Assembly: GCA_963693365.1 (NCBI GenBank)
Contig: CAVNZM010000015.1
Span: 2,294,001-2,358,000, forward strand
Source: Amoebidium appalachense
Lineage: Eukaryota > Protista > Ichthyosporea
Direction: 5' to 3'
DNA: 64,000 nucleotides
Part shown: in pieces, positions 1 to 11,034 of the stretch
How positions within the stretch are numbered: position 1 is the first letter of the stretch
How the letters are laid out: every line of letters starts with the position of its first letter
Notes under the pieces: generated by a model
What the model was told of the DNA's origin: nothing
Seen by the model: the letters and a program-made list of their open reading frames with translations, nothing else
Database searches by the model: none
Made by a program: the position numbers and the translations under genes

Positions 1-292
1 TGCGCCCTTACAGCTTGGTCGGGTCCTGGGGTGTTCGTAGTTGTATGCCTTCCTCCGGGGGGGCAGGGAGGGGGGAGGGGGGGGGGGGGGGGGGGAGGGA
101 GGGAGGGAGGGAGGGAAGGCTTTATTCGCTGGTTCAACATTGTTGAATGATGAGGCGATAGGCCTGGAAGGGCGATGTGACGGAGTGCAGGGGAGATCTT
201 GCAGATCTGAGATGGGGCTGGATGTTGAATGGCACGGTAGGGATATTGTGGCCAATGGCTGGTGGGTATGTGGGTGCTGAGGGGATGGCCAG

Positions 293-395
293 GTGGCACT
301 GGTGGATGCAGCCATGGACCTGACGGCTGCCGCCTGCAGCCGTGTGGCCACACAGCCCAGCCCCTGCTGGCTGGCCCTGCTGCAGGTGGGGGCAA

Positions 396-436
<41 letters not shown>

Positions 437-623
437 GGGTGTAATGGACAGGCACTGAGTTGCGGGGCCAGATGCTTAGCCGGGTGGGGCATGCCCGGGA
501 GGTATACATGGGGCTTGTGGAGGGCCTGGAGGCCACACTGCACAGTGACAGCCCCCACCATGCTTGGCTGCTGCTGCCTGCCCTGGCTGCTGGTGGGTGA
601 GCCAGCCACCCGCGGGGCGGGGG

Positions 624-688
<65 letters not shown>

Positions 689-1418
689 ACTGACGAGACT
701 GCAGTGTTGGGACGGCTGCAGGGACGGACTCTGGCTAGATTTCTGCGCACAGCCGTGGGCCTGGCCAAGGACATACCGGACTGGGAGGAGACGGAGGAGA
801 TGCAGGTGGGTGGTTGGGCAGAGGGGGGGGGGGGGGGGGGGTGTTTATGGGACCTGACGGGCATGCAGGGGGAAACACTGCCGCAACAAGTGGATCTATT
901 GGGGGCATTTGTGGAGGGAGTGGGGGCAGCAGCACGGGGCATGGCTGGGCAGGAGGGGGCAGGGGAGTGCTGGCTGGTGGCCGCGGACTATCTGCTGTGG
1001 CTGCTGGACACGGCGGTGGGCCCGGTGCCCACAACACACAGTGGGTGGCCCCCTGGACCCTGCATGGTCTGTGCTTAGCGCATGCCCTGGCCACTGCTCT
1101 TTCCTTTATATGCGGCTCATGGCACCCTGTGTGTGGCCAGGGTGTGTGCCTTGCACTTGGTGGTGACTGGGGGCATGCAGGGACGGCTGTGGCGTTGGCA
1201 CCGCTAGCCATGGTAGGTGGCTGCCATGTGGGTGCGCATGCACGTGCTGGGGCTCACACACAGCCAGGCCCAGCTGGGGGGGCTGGGGGTTGGCCCAGAC
1301 GTGCTGCTGCGCTATGCCCGCTGGAAGGAGGCACCGGGGCATGTGCCCTGCCACCCACTCCTTGCCCAGGACAGAGGCACGTGCTAGCCCCCACCCCCCT
1401 CCCTAACTCCCGGCCCTC

Positions 1419-1451
<33 letters not shown>

Positions 1452-2676
1452 CCCCAACACACACACACACACACACATGCACACTTCTGCGGCTGTCGCC
1501 ACCACCACCACCACTGTAAACATTTTAGCACCTTGATGGTTTATGCTAGTGACACGAATTCATTTTGCCTTTTTTCATTTTATTTATTTTGATTCTGAGG
1601 ACAACATTAGTGCCTATGTTCCCGGAACAGATGGTTGTGGATAGTTCTGCCATAACATACAAGGCAAACACTCTGAAACAGCCATGCAAGAACCACCCAC
1701 AAGCATGCTTCTACGACTCATATGCTGGGACCTGACAGGGGACGGACTGAGTGTGTGCGGGGTGGCTGTGGGTCTGCACTGGGCGCTGGGCACCCCCACT
1801 GTGGGCATGGGCTGGCCCCAGGTGTTGGCACCCAGCCACCGGGCATGGCTGGGCCTGCCCTATGCAAGAGCCCTGCTGCTGGGGTATGCCCCTGGGCCAT
1901 GCATGTGTGGTCACAGGCCACTACTCCTTGGTTCGAGTCGGGTTACCCCCCTGGTTGGACCTCTCACACCCTCACACCCGCCCAGGTCTGGGGTGGGTGC
2001 TGGTCAGCGAGGGTTTGCTGTGGCCCGACAGCTGTTGGTGGGGCTGGAGGCTGGCACGGTTGAAGGGAATGGGCAGGTGGGCCTGGAGTGGGCTGCCCTG
2101 ATGCTGGTGGGTGGTCCGGGGCAGGGAGAGGGGGGAGGGGGGGGGGGGGGGGGGATTGGGCACACGGGCTGATATGAGAGGAATGCAGGGGGTGCTGACA
2201 TATGGTGCTGGCTGTGGGGATGAGACGGTCAGGCAGGAGGCATATCCCTTGCTGGGGGCCATGATACAGCTCTACGTGCCTGCATGCAGGCTGCATGTGG
2301 TGGGTACAGGCCAGTGCAGGCCCATGCAGTGTGTGGTTACCTCATAGCATGCAACATGAGCCTTTTCAAAGAACCACTCATTGTGGATGACTTTAAAGAT
2401 CGAGTTAGATTTGCCCAACATGGTGTACATTCTGACAACACTGCCTTCGAACTCTTTTTAACTCATTCACCAATGACCGCACACATCCAAAACAACGAGT
2501 GATGCACCCGCCACACCCACAGACGATCATCACATGACACGGACACTAATTCACACACAGTGCAAGTGCTCCTAGGCCTGTATTTTGGCACGGCCCACTC
2601 CTTCACAACGGGTACTCATGTGAACCCTCTCTCATTATGCAACAATTATTGCATGGAGACAGGCACAGTTGCACCG

Positions 2677-2773
<97 letters not shown>

Positions 2774-3128
2774 CTCCCTCACACGCAAACACCTCATCTA
2801 GATTATAATTTCAACATCTCCAAGCTTAGCCATGTACATGTATGATGTACCCAGACCCTTTGAAGAGGGCCTTGGACCTTAAATACGTGCACAATGATGT
2901 CATTAGCTCCTGACCATCCCTCCTCCCCCCCCCCCCCCCCCCCCCCCCCACCCCCCCCCCCACCCCCAGCTCCACCAGCTTCTGCGGGACTGCCCCCACA
3001 GCAAGGCCGGGGCAGCAGTGGTGCAGCTGGGGCTGCAGTGCATGCAGTGGGCCATGGCCATGCAACCATGGAGGTTTGACGCACTGCAGCCATTGTTGCA
3101 CACTGCCCTGGCCATCCAGAACGATGCG

Positions 3129-3160
<32 letters not shown>

Positions 3161-3793
3161 ACGTGTGTGTGTGTGTGTGCGTGTGTGCGTGTACGTGTGT
3201 GTGTGTGTGCGCTGGGGGGGGGGGGGGGGGGGGGGGGGGCACTGAGTTTGCTGGGTGCAGGACCTGCTGCAGCGCTACGATGTGCTTGTGGCCGGGCTCA
3301 ACTGTCTGCGCTACCTGCTGATCAGAGACAAGCCAGGCGCAAACACGGTGGGTGCATGGCTTTATTATTACTCATTGGGGTCCATCCACGTGTGTGTCTG
3401 TGGGGTTTGGAATCCATACAGAGTACGAGGTAGGGGGCAGGGTCTCCACTATGTACAAGCATGCCTAAATCAAGTACCCCCCAGACCGGTGTCTGGGACC
3501 ACATGACCGTGCTGGCCCAGCAGCTACTGCAGCCCCTAGCTGCTGCCTGTGAACGCACCCTGGGGCCTGCCGGTGCGCCACCACTCTTTGTGTGTTGGGG
3601 GGAGGGTCAGGGGTGCAGGGCTGACGGGTGCATGGTGCAGGGCGGGCACTGCTGCAGCTGGATGACATGCAGGCAGGGGGCTGGCTGGCTGGGTTTTGGG
3701 GCCATGCATGTGCACCCACTGACTATGCTGCAGGTGACGCAGGTGCTGCTGCTGCAAGACCTGCTGCACAGGCTGGGCCAGCTGCAGGCCTAG
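293..3793 (+). CDS. GLMN: Glomulin/ALF4/Ybp1-family protein, multi-exon; 5' end lies upstream of the window
   Basis: Spliced exons give DETVRQEAYPLLGAMIQLY, RFDALQPLLHTA, DLLQRYDVLVAGLNCLRYLLIRDKPGANT|TGVWDHMTVLAQQLLQPL and VTQVLLLQDLLHRLGQLQA*. These resemble the glomulin C-terminal region (DLLQNSDRIMASLNLLRYLVIKD...QTGLW...FLKPL, recalled from memory). Introns are GT-AG and the stop is TAG at 3791-3793. Confidence 0.75.
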
Positions 3794-4489
3794 CGCACCT
3801 TCTTGGTGTCACTGCTGCCACGGGGCTGCTGGCCACGTAGCTGGGACCTCTTGACCGTCACCATGTACCCCACTGATAGGTGCAGCCATGACAGCTGCGG
3901 GCAAAGGTCAGAACTATAATTTTTCTTCGGCATGAATGAATATGGCACATGAATGAATATGAATATGGTGGCCACGGGTGCACATGAATACAGGTGCACA
4001 TGAATACAGGTGCACATGAATACAGGTGCACATGAATACAGGTGCACATGAATGCACACGAATGAATATGGTAGCCACAGGTGGCCACGAATATTACTGA
4101 TGTGTATCGACATCGGGTGGTGGCCCATGCCTGGGGAGGGGGAGGAGGTGTCATGGCTTAGTTGTTGTCTGGTGTAACTACGTGTTTGAAATGATGGGTC
4201 TGAGTATGTTCTTTCTTTTTGCTGATACATTGGTGGGGTATGGGGACTTTGTCGACCATGTGAGTTCCTCTGGTTGTCCGAGTCCTCCCCCCCCCCCCCC
4301 CCCCCTTCCCCTCCTCCTCCTCCCCCTCTCTATGCCGCCAACCCCCCCCTCCCCCCCCCCCCCCCACACACACACACCCTCCCCCCACCCACCCGCCCAC
4401 CCATTTCTTTGCGACCGCGTACGCGCCCATGTGTGTGTCTATGTGTGTGTGTGCACATATTTTGGGTGGTTGCGTGTGTGTAACCCCCT

Positions 4490-4547
<58 letters not shown>

Positions 4548-5001
4548 GGGCGGGCCTCACATACAATCATGACGAGCAGGTTTGCCAGTATGGGCAGGGT
4601 GTAGACGGCTATGACAAACAGGCCCTGGCTGTCGAAGTACTGTGCCCGCGCAAACCTCTGTGCCTGCCTGTCAGTACCCTCCCACCAGCCCCTCTGCCCC
4701 TCCACGGCACCTACCCTCCAGTTGTGTGCACACCACGTGTTGACCTGCTCACTTGCACACCCCAGTGCCCCTGCACCCGCCCGTCAGTGCCCGTCACTGC
4801 CTGTGTCTGTGGGCGGGGCTGCACGTACCCAGCAGACAGAACAGGGCCGTCTGCAAGTTGAGCCAGTGGCGGGTGGCCAGCACAAGCACCAGGCACAGCA
4901 CGTGGCACACACACACACCCTGCAGCCAGCCCTCGTCCCACGGCAGCTGCAAGAGCCGGAGCAGTAGTGAGCAAGAGAGAGGGGAGAGTCGTGTGTGTGT
5001 G

Positions 5002-5079
<78 letters not shown>

Positions 5080-5164
5080 ATGGTGCAGGTGTGTGCTTGT
5101 TAGATGTGTGTACTCATGTGCGTGTGTGTGTGTGTGTGGTGTGTGTGTGTGCATGCGTGCGTGC

Positions 5165-5195
<31 letters not shown>

Positions 5196-6100
5196 CCTGT
5201 GTGTGTGTGTGTTTGAGTGTGTCCGAGAAAAGAGGGGAGGGTGTGTGTGTGTGTTTGTGGGGGGGGGGGGGGGGGGGGGAGTAGAGAGTCGTGTGTGTGT
5301 TTTTCGTATGTGTGTTGGTGTGTATATGTGTATGTGCTCGTGCTTAAGTTTCTGTATGTGTGTGTGTGTCAGAGTAAAACGGTGGGCGGGGAGAGAGGTG
5401 GGGAGGGGGGGGGGGGGGGGGGGGGGGGGGGAGGGGGAGGGGGGGGGGGGGGGGGGGGGAGGGGGGAAGGGAGGGGGGAGAGGAAGGACGAGAGAGGAGA
5501 AATAGTAACCTCCAGTGACGGGGAGAAGTGTGGGGAGAGAGGGGGAGGAGGGGGGGGAGGAGGGGAGGGGGCGGAGGGAGTGGGGTTGGCACCCACCCAC
5601 CTACCACCAAACAACAACAACCAAGGCTTCTTCTGGCACTCTACAAGAGGTTTAGGGAAGTCGGGGGGTGGGGGGGGGGGGGGTGGGGGGGGTGGGGGGG
5701 CACAGTGCAGCGGCTAGTTTCTAGCGGTGTGTGTTGGAGGGGCGAAATAAAGGTAGGGCAACGTTACGTCACGGAGAAGTCAGTTGACACTTGTGAGGCA
5801 TGAGCAAGCAGTGAGACGGGGAGAGGGCGGACCTCAGGAAGAGAGAACCGAGGGGGGGGGGGGGGGGGGGGAATGAAGAAGGAAGATAACGAGAACGGGG
5901 CAACGTCTAGCTGCCTGCGAATAGGGGTCACAATGAGAGCCTCATATAGCAAGCACTTGTGGCCTGTGCCGGCCAGACCCGCAGACTGCGCCTGCACTCA
6001 CCTCACGCAGAAACGCAGCAGCCTGGGGCAACAGGCCGTCCTGTGGTACGTGCCAGCTGTCCAGGAAGGCCCACAGCGGGGCAAGAACAGCCTCGGCCAT
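3790..6100 (-). CDS. TMEM18: Transmembrane protein 18 homolog, multi-exon
   Basis: Exon 1 (6100-6002) reads MAEAVLAPLW...AFLRE. Later exons give LPWDEGWLQGVCVCHVLCLVLVL and RFARAQYFDSQGLFVIAVYTLPIL, which contains the TMEM18 QYFDSxG motif. The last exon (3894-3790) reads LSWLHLSVGYMVTVKRSQLR...KKVR*. Confidence 0.88.
3977..4053. repeat. 16-bp tandem repeat (GGTGCACATGAATACA, ~4.8 copies) in a TMEM18 intron
   Basis: Units are directly visible in the sequence. Confidence 0.9.
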
Positions 6101-6430
6101 GGCTAAAAGGGCCTGCCTGCCGCCTGTCTATGTACTTGCACTGTTGCGTGCCTGTGCTGCCGGCCCAGCCTGTGCCTGCGAGCCTGCGTGTGACGTCGCC
6201 TGTACACACGCGATTTACTAGGAGCGCTGTGCTGTGGGGCCGGTGGCTGTGGGCCAGCCAGCCTGTGGCAAGACTCAGCCGCAGAGGCCTGCATATTTCA
6301 GCGGTGCTTTTTAGGCCAATCAGCAGCGAGAACCAATGGCTGGGGCCACGCAATCAGGCTGTCCAGCTACTTTCTGGAGCCTAAAACCCCACCGCCGTAC
6401 GTGTTCCACCAATCGAACAGGGCATTCGCC

Positions 6431-6849
6431 CAGGGTAGGGATTACGAAAAAAAATCGTCGTAATCATACGATTAACGAGAGACCCCGATACGAATAAGGT
6501 CAGGGTACCGTCGTAACAGCTTTCGTATCAGGTGTGTAGCATTATAAACGCTTGAATATTTAATTTTCCCTATTTTTTCAATAATTCTGTTCAAGAACAG
6601 CACACTCCCCCCCAAGAACATATCTACAGCGCTTCTCATGTGCAATATCGAGCCCCGATAAGTTTTCAGGGCTTGTAATTTTGCGGTATTCAATTTGTAA
6701 AAACACGTATTTTGAGTTTTGCGACGGGACGGGCGTTTTAGGCGGGGCTTGGCAGCTCCCCAAGAACCCAACTTTACGATTAAGAAATTGTCCGTTACGA
6801 TTGGTCAAAGGGCGATACGATTAAGCTGGCGAACCCCAGCCCAACCCTG
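6431..6849. mobile_element. Non-autonomous hAT-type element (MITE), 419 bp
   Basis: A perfect 8-bp direct repeat CATTCGCC flanks it at 6423-6430 and 6850-6857. The termini CAGGGTAGGG and CCCAACCCTG form a 9/10 inverted match. TACGA/TCGTA subterminal motifs cluster at both ends. Confidence 0.85.
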
Positions 6850-9321
6850 CATTCGCCTATCAGTTGCTTTTATCCTTGAAAATACAAAAGTATTGTATAA
6901 GTTTAAAGATTTATTGTGCAATAAAGCCTATATAAATAAGTAAACACAAAGCTAATCTTTCAAGCAGCTTGGTCGCGTGAAAGGGGATCCAAATAGTGAT
7001 TTGGTTTTTCTTTTTTTATAATGACTTTATTGATATGCTCATGAAAGAGAAGCAAGCCGGAGATATCACAGATATCTCAGAGAAGAAAATACAAAAACCC
7101 CTACTCACGGATACGGAGGAGATAACGACTCAAATAATCATACACCCTAGAAAACTCGTTAAACATACGGTGGTTTAACAGATAGTCAATAGAAGTAATA
7201 TCAGGATTATCAAAATAAGCGAATCGTCGAATTTTCTAACGGAAGAATCTGAGATAAATAAATACATTTATCTAGATGTTTGCGAGAAAAAGGTTCTGCA
7301 CAAAAGTGACACAAACATTTATGGAAACAAAGGTTACAACGCCAAAATAAACATATCCAAGCAATATCACACGAAGGGGTTAAAATGGCAAAATTGGTAA
7401 GTGTGGTAGCTTTACGAGAGGAAGGATGAATATAAGTAGCTAATTTACATAACGATTGTAGAGAAAAGAGACGAGTCTCTAATATAAAAAGAAGCACAGG
7501 CTCAAGAGTCCTACTATGATACTCTTTATCACAACGATGAAGCAAAGGATATTGAGTATGAAACCAAGCAACATACTGCTGATAAATAGGGGAGGAGAAA
7601 AATAAAGGAGACAAATATTAAAAAGGTTATCTCTGAATGGGAGATAGATTGGGTACAGGACATTTCGCACGAACATTAGAAATGGGAACAGGGTCTAAAG
7701 AAGGAAAGAATTGCAACAAAGGATAATAAGAAGGAAGCCTAACCAAATGAAAACAAAAGCGAAGGCCTAGCTCATTCATACGTTGACTCGCCGGAGGAAG
7801 ACCAAAAACACTCAGCAAAGGAGCCGCCAGAGGATGCCTACGCGAGGTCCGAGAGATGAACAGCTGGATGAATTCACGCTGAAAGGAATCGGAATCCCCG
7901 AAGCGCCGCGCGCTGTTGCCGTGGAGCTCGAGGGGCACAAAAAAACTTTCCGGAATAGCCAAGGCATCCGATCCTTGACTGCCCCGGTTGGAGTTAGCTT
8001 GTAGAAGGCCATTGCCATAGTCCTGCATCCAGGCGAGTCCCAGGATCCATCAGGGCATCCGATCCCCAATATTGCGCTACATCCCGGGATTCGTTGGTTT
8101 TTCCGGTTGTCCTTGAAACATTTGGTTACGGTAATTGTCACTAATTAGTTTAGCTTCATGGTTTAAAAATTACTGGTGCCGCTTGGAAAAGTCAAAATAA
8201 ACCTTTTTTTGAGAGAACGTTATTTTGAGCCATAGCTGTGCCGCACGTGCACCATCATTGTGGATTGTGCACTTAGAAAGGTGCAGTGAAATTCATGTTC
8301 GGTTCTGCAGGTGTAGGGTGACCTTAGCACGGATCAGATATCGCCATATTAGGCAGGTAAATTTATTGTGACGTCAACTTAAAATTGTTTACATCCAAAA
8401 AACGGACTTCAAAACGTTCATGAAGCACCCGCCCTACCCCCAAACACACGTTCAGAAAGCAGTTTACCGCTTTATAACGACGAAAAGGTGGGTATGAGGG
8501 AAGAAGGAACGGTTTACCTGGGCGTTTAATACGGAAGGGTTGCTGGCTATACAGCCATTTTCTCTTTGGGCGTGGGCACGTGCATGAACCATCCATGCCT
8601 CGCTTCTGGAGCCAACTTGGTCATTGACAAACCTGTTGGCATACCATAACGCGAGCCCACACCCCCAGGCCACATACCAGCAGCTACAGCATAAAAAAAG
8701 AGACGGTCACCTCAAAAAGCAGCTACAAAACCAGAAGAGTACGTGCCTGAGTGAGCAATTCACTTGTCGTGTGGAAAGAGCATCTTTGTTGAAAACCAGC
8801 AAGGTAAGGCGGAAGGCTTGAGAATTGTTGTGTAGGTTCCTGCTGTGTTCGTTGTCAATTGCGCAGCTTGAAGGGTAGATTTCTATGCTTTTGGTTTATT
8901 TTTGACAGTGTTGAAGTAAGCCACACGGCTATGAGGATGCCCAGAAGGCAGGCGTGGAGGGATTGAAATGATCGGAGCGTTTCAGTAGGACAAGTGCTGA
9001 CTAGGAGATGAGTTGGCCAAGTGGTTCAACGGGGTTATCTTTGCCCATAGTCGGGTCTGGGTGGAGGTTTACAGTTAAGCGGGCCCGGATGTATAGGAGG
9101 TAAAGAAACACACCTGTATGGAATAGACCTTATGAATAATGAAGGGTGATGCGCACTGAGCTGGGTCATCTTGGATCTCAAACTTCAGTTTTTTGCTATA
9201 GTTTTGCAAAACTTTGCTACCTGCATACTTTTGAAAGTTCTTCAACCTGTGTGTGTGTGTGTCTGTGTGTGTATGTGTGTGTGCGTGCGTGCGTGCGTGT
9301 GTGTGTGTGTGCGTGCGTGTG

Positions 9322-9353
<32 letters not shown>

Positions 9354-9429
9354 TGAGTGACTGCGTGTGTGGGTGTGTGTGTGTGTGGGTGTGTGTGTGT
9401 GTGGACAACACTAAGGCTCCTTGTCCCAG

Positions 9430-10916
9430 ATGACGGACGGTGCCGATATGTATCGCCAGCGCCTTGGGGCCATGGAGGCGTATGTGTCCAAGTCAGCCCG
9501 AGAGATCAGCATCCCCAAGAACCCACAGACCGGCCGCCCACAGTATCTGTCCGAGATATTTGGAAGGTGAGCCCACTGCTGACTCTGAATGGTTAAGCAC
9601 CTGTCTGGCAGGCTCTGGCCATGTGTTGTGTTTCTGGACTCCCCCCTGTAGGTGTGTGATCTCTCGCTTCCACAACACTTTCAACACCCTTGGATCTATA
9701 GTGTTGTTGCGCGAAGAGCTTTGCGAAACTAAGCGGATGACATGGGCTACAAGCCTTCTTCAGACTGACTTTGGGGCATGCAGCAACGTGTTCTCTCTGG
9801 ACGTGCTTGCCAAGCACCTGCCCAAGCCCGTGTTCAAGAAGTTTGTGGAGCAGCTGGAGGGCCGCAAGCTGCTGGACCAGGAGACGGCCGATGCCGTGGC
9901 CCATGCCGTGCGGGTGTGGGCGCAGAACAAGGGCGCCACCCACTTCACCCACTGGTTCCAGCCCCAGACAGGCTCCACGGCCGAGAAGCACGACTCGTTC
10001 CTGACCATGAAGTACAACTTCGGCTCCACCGTCGACCAGGTGTGCATTCGTGTGACTTTTATCCGGCCTGCCTGGCCTCAGACCACACATTCACACGGTG
10101 CCCAACAGATGGTGCCGCTGGATGCCTTCTCGGGCAGTCAGCTTCTGCAGGCCGAGCCAGATGCATCGAGTTTCCCCCACGGGGGCATGCGCACGACCTT
10201 TGAGGCCCGTGGCTACACCGTGTGGAACACTACCAGGTGAGCAACCTCCAGGGCCTAGGTAGAGCCTGGCAAGGTCGGGCCATTGGGCCTATGCTGGCTC
10301 TGGCCCAGGAGTACCCATTCCGGCTGTGTGGTGGCACTACAATGTGCTTGGCTGTAGAGCCACTGCTAACTGTGCTGTATCCAGCCCCATGTTCATCCGG
10401 CCAGGCCCCCACGAGACATCTGTTCTGTACATCCCATCTGTGTTTATCAGCTACAACGGGCAGGCGCTGGACGAGAAGACCATTCTGCTGCGGTCGTGTG
10501 AGGCCATCAACCAGGCGGCCATCAGGGTGCTGCACCTGATGGGCCACACAGACGTCAAGCGGGTCATCACCACCCTGGGCTGTGAGCAGGTGCGCATGCA
10601 GCCAGCCCCCTGCATGCTGTGCCCAGCAACCAGCACTGATCTTAGCCCTACAGGAGTTCTTTATGATCGACCGCAAGCTGCATGTGCTGCGCCCTGACCT
10701 GGACATCTGCGGCAGGTGGGTGCTGTGCTCGGCCTGATTCATACATGGATCCATATGCTGAGAGGTTCCAGACAGACATGCTGCTGATCTAGCCGTAGAC
10801 CCCGGGTGGGGAACCCTTCCTTTGGATTTTTTTTTTGGTGTGTAGAGTTTTTTGCTGGGGTACACGGCCTGCTTCGCGTTGGCTGTCTTGTCGTCATTAC
10901 ATCCCTTTTTGGTTTC

Positions 10917-10947
<31 letters not shown>

Positions 10948-10994
10948 CCCTTTTATTTTATTTTTATAAGTTATTATTGCTTTTTCCTTTTTTT

Positions 10995-11034
<40 letters not shown>

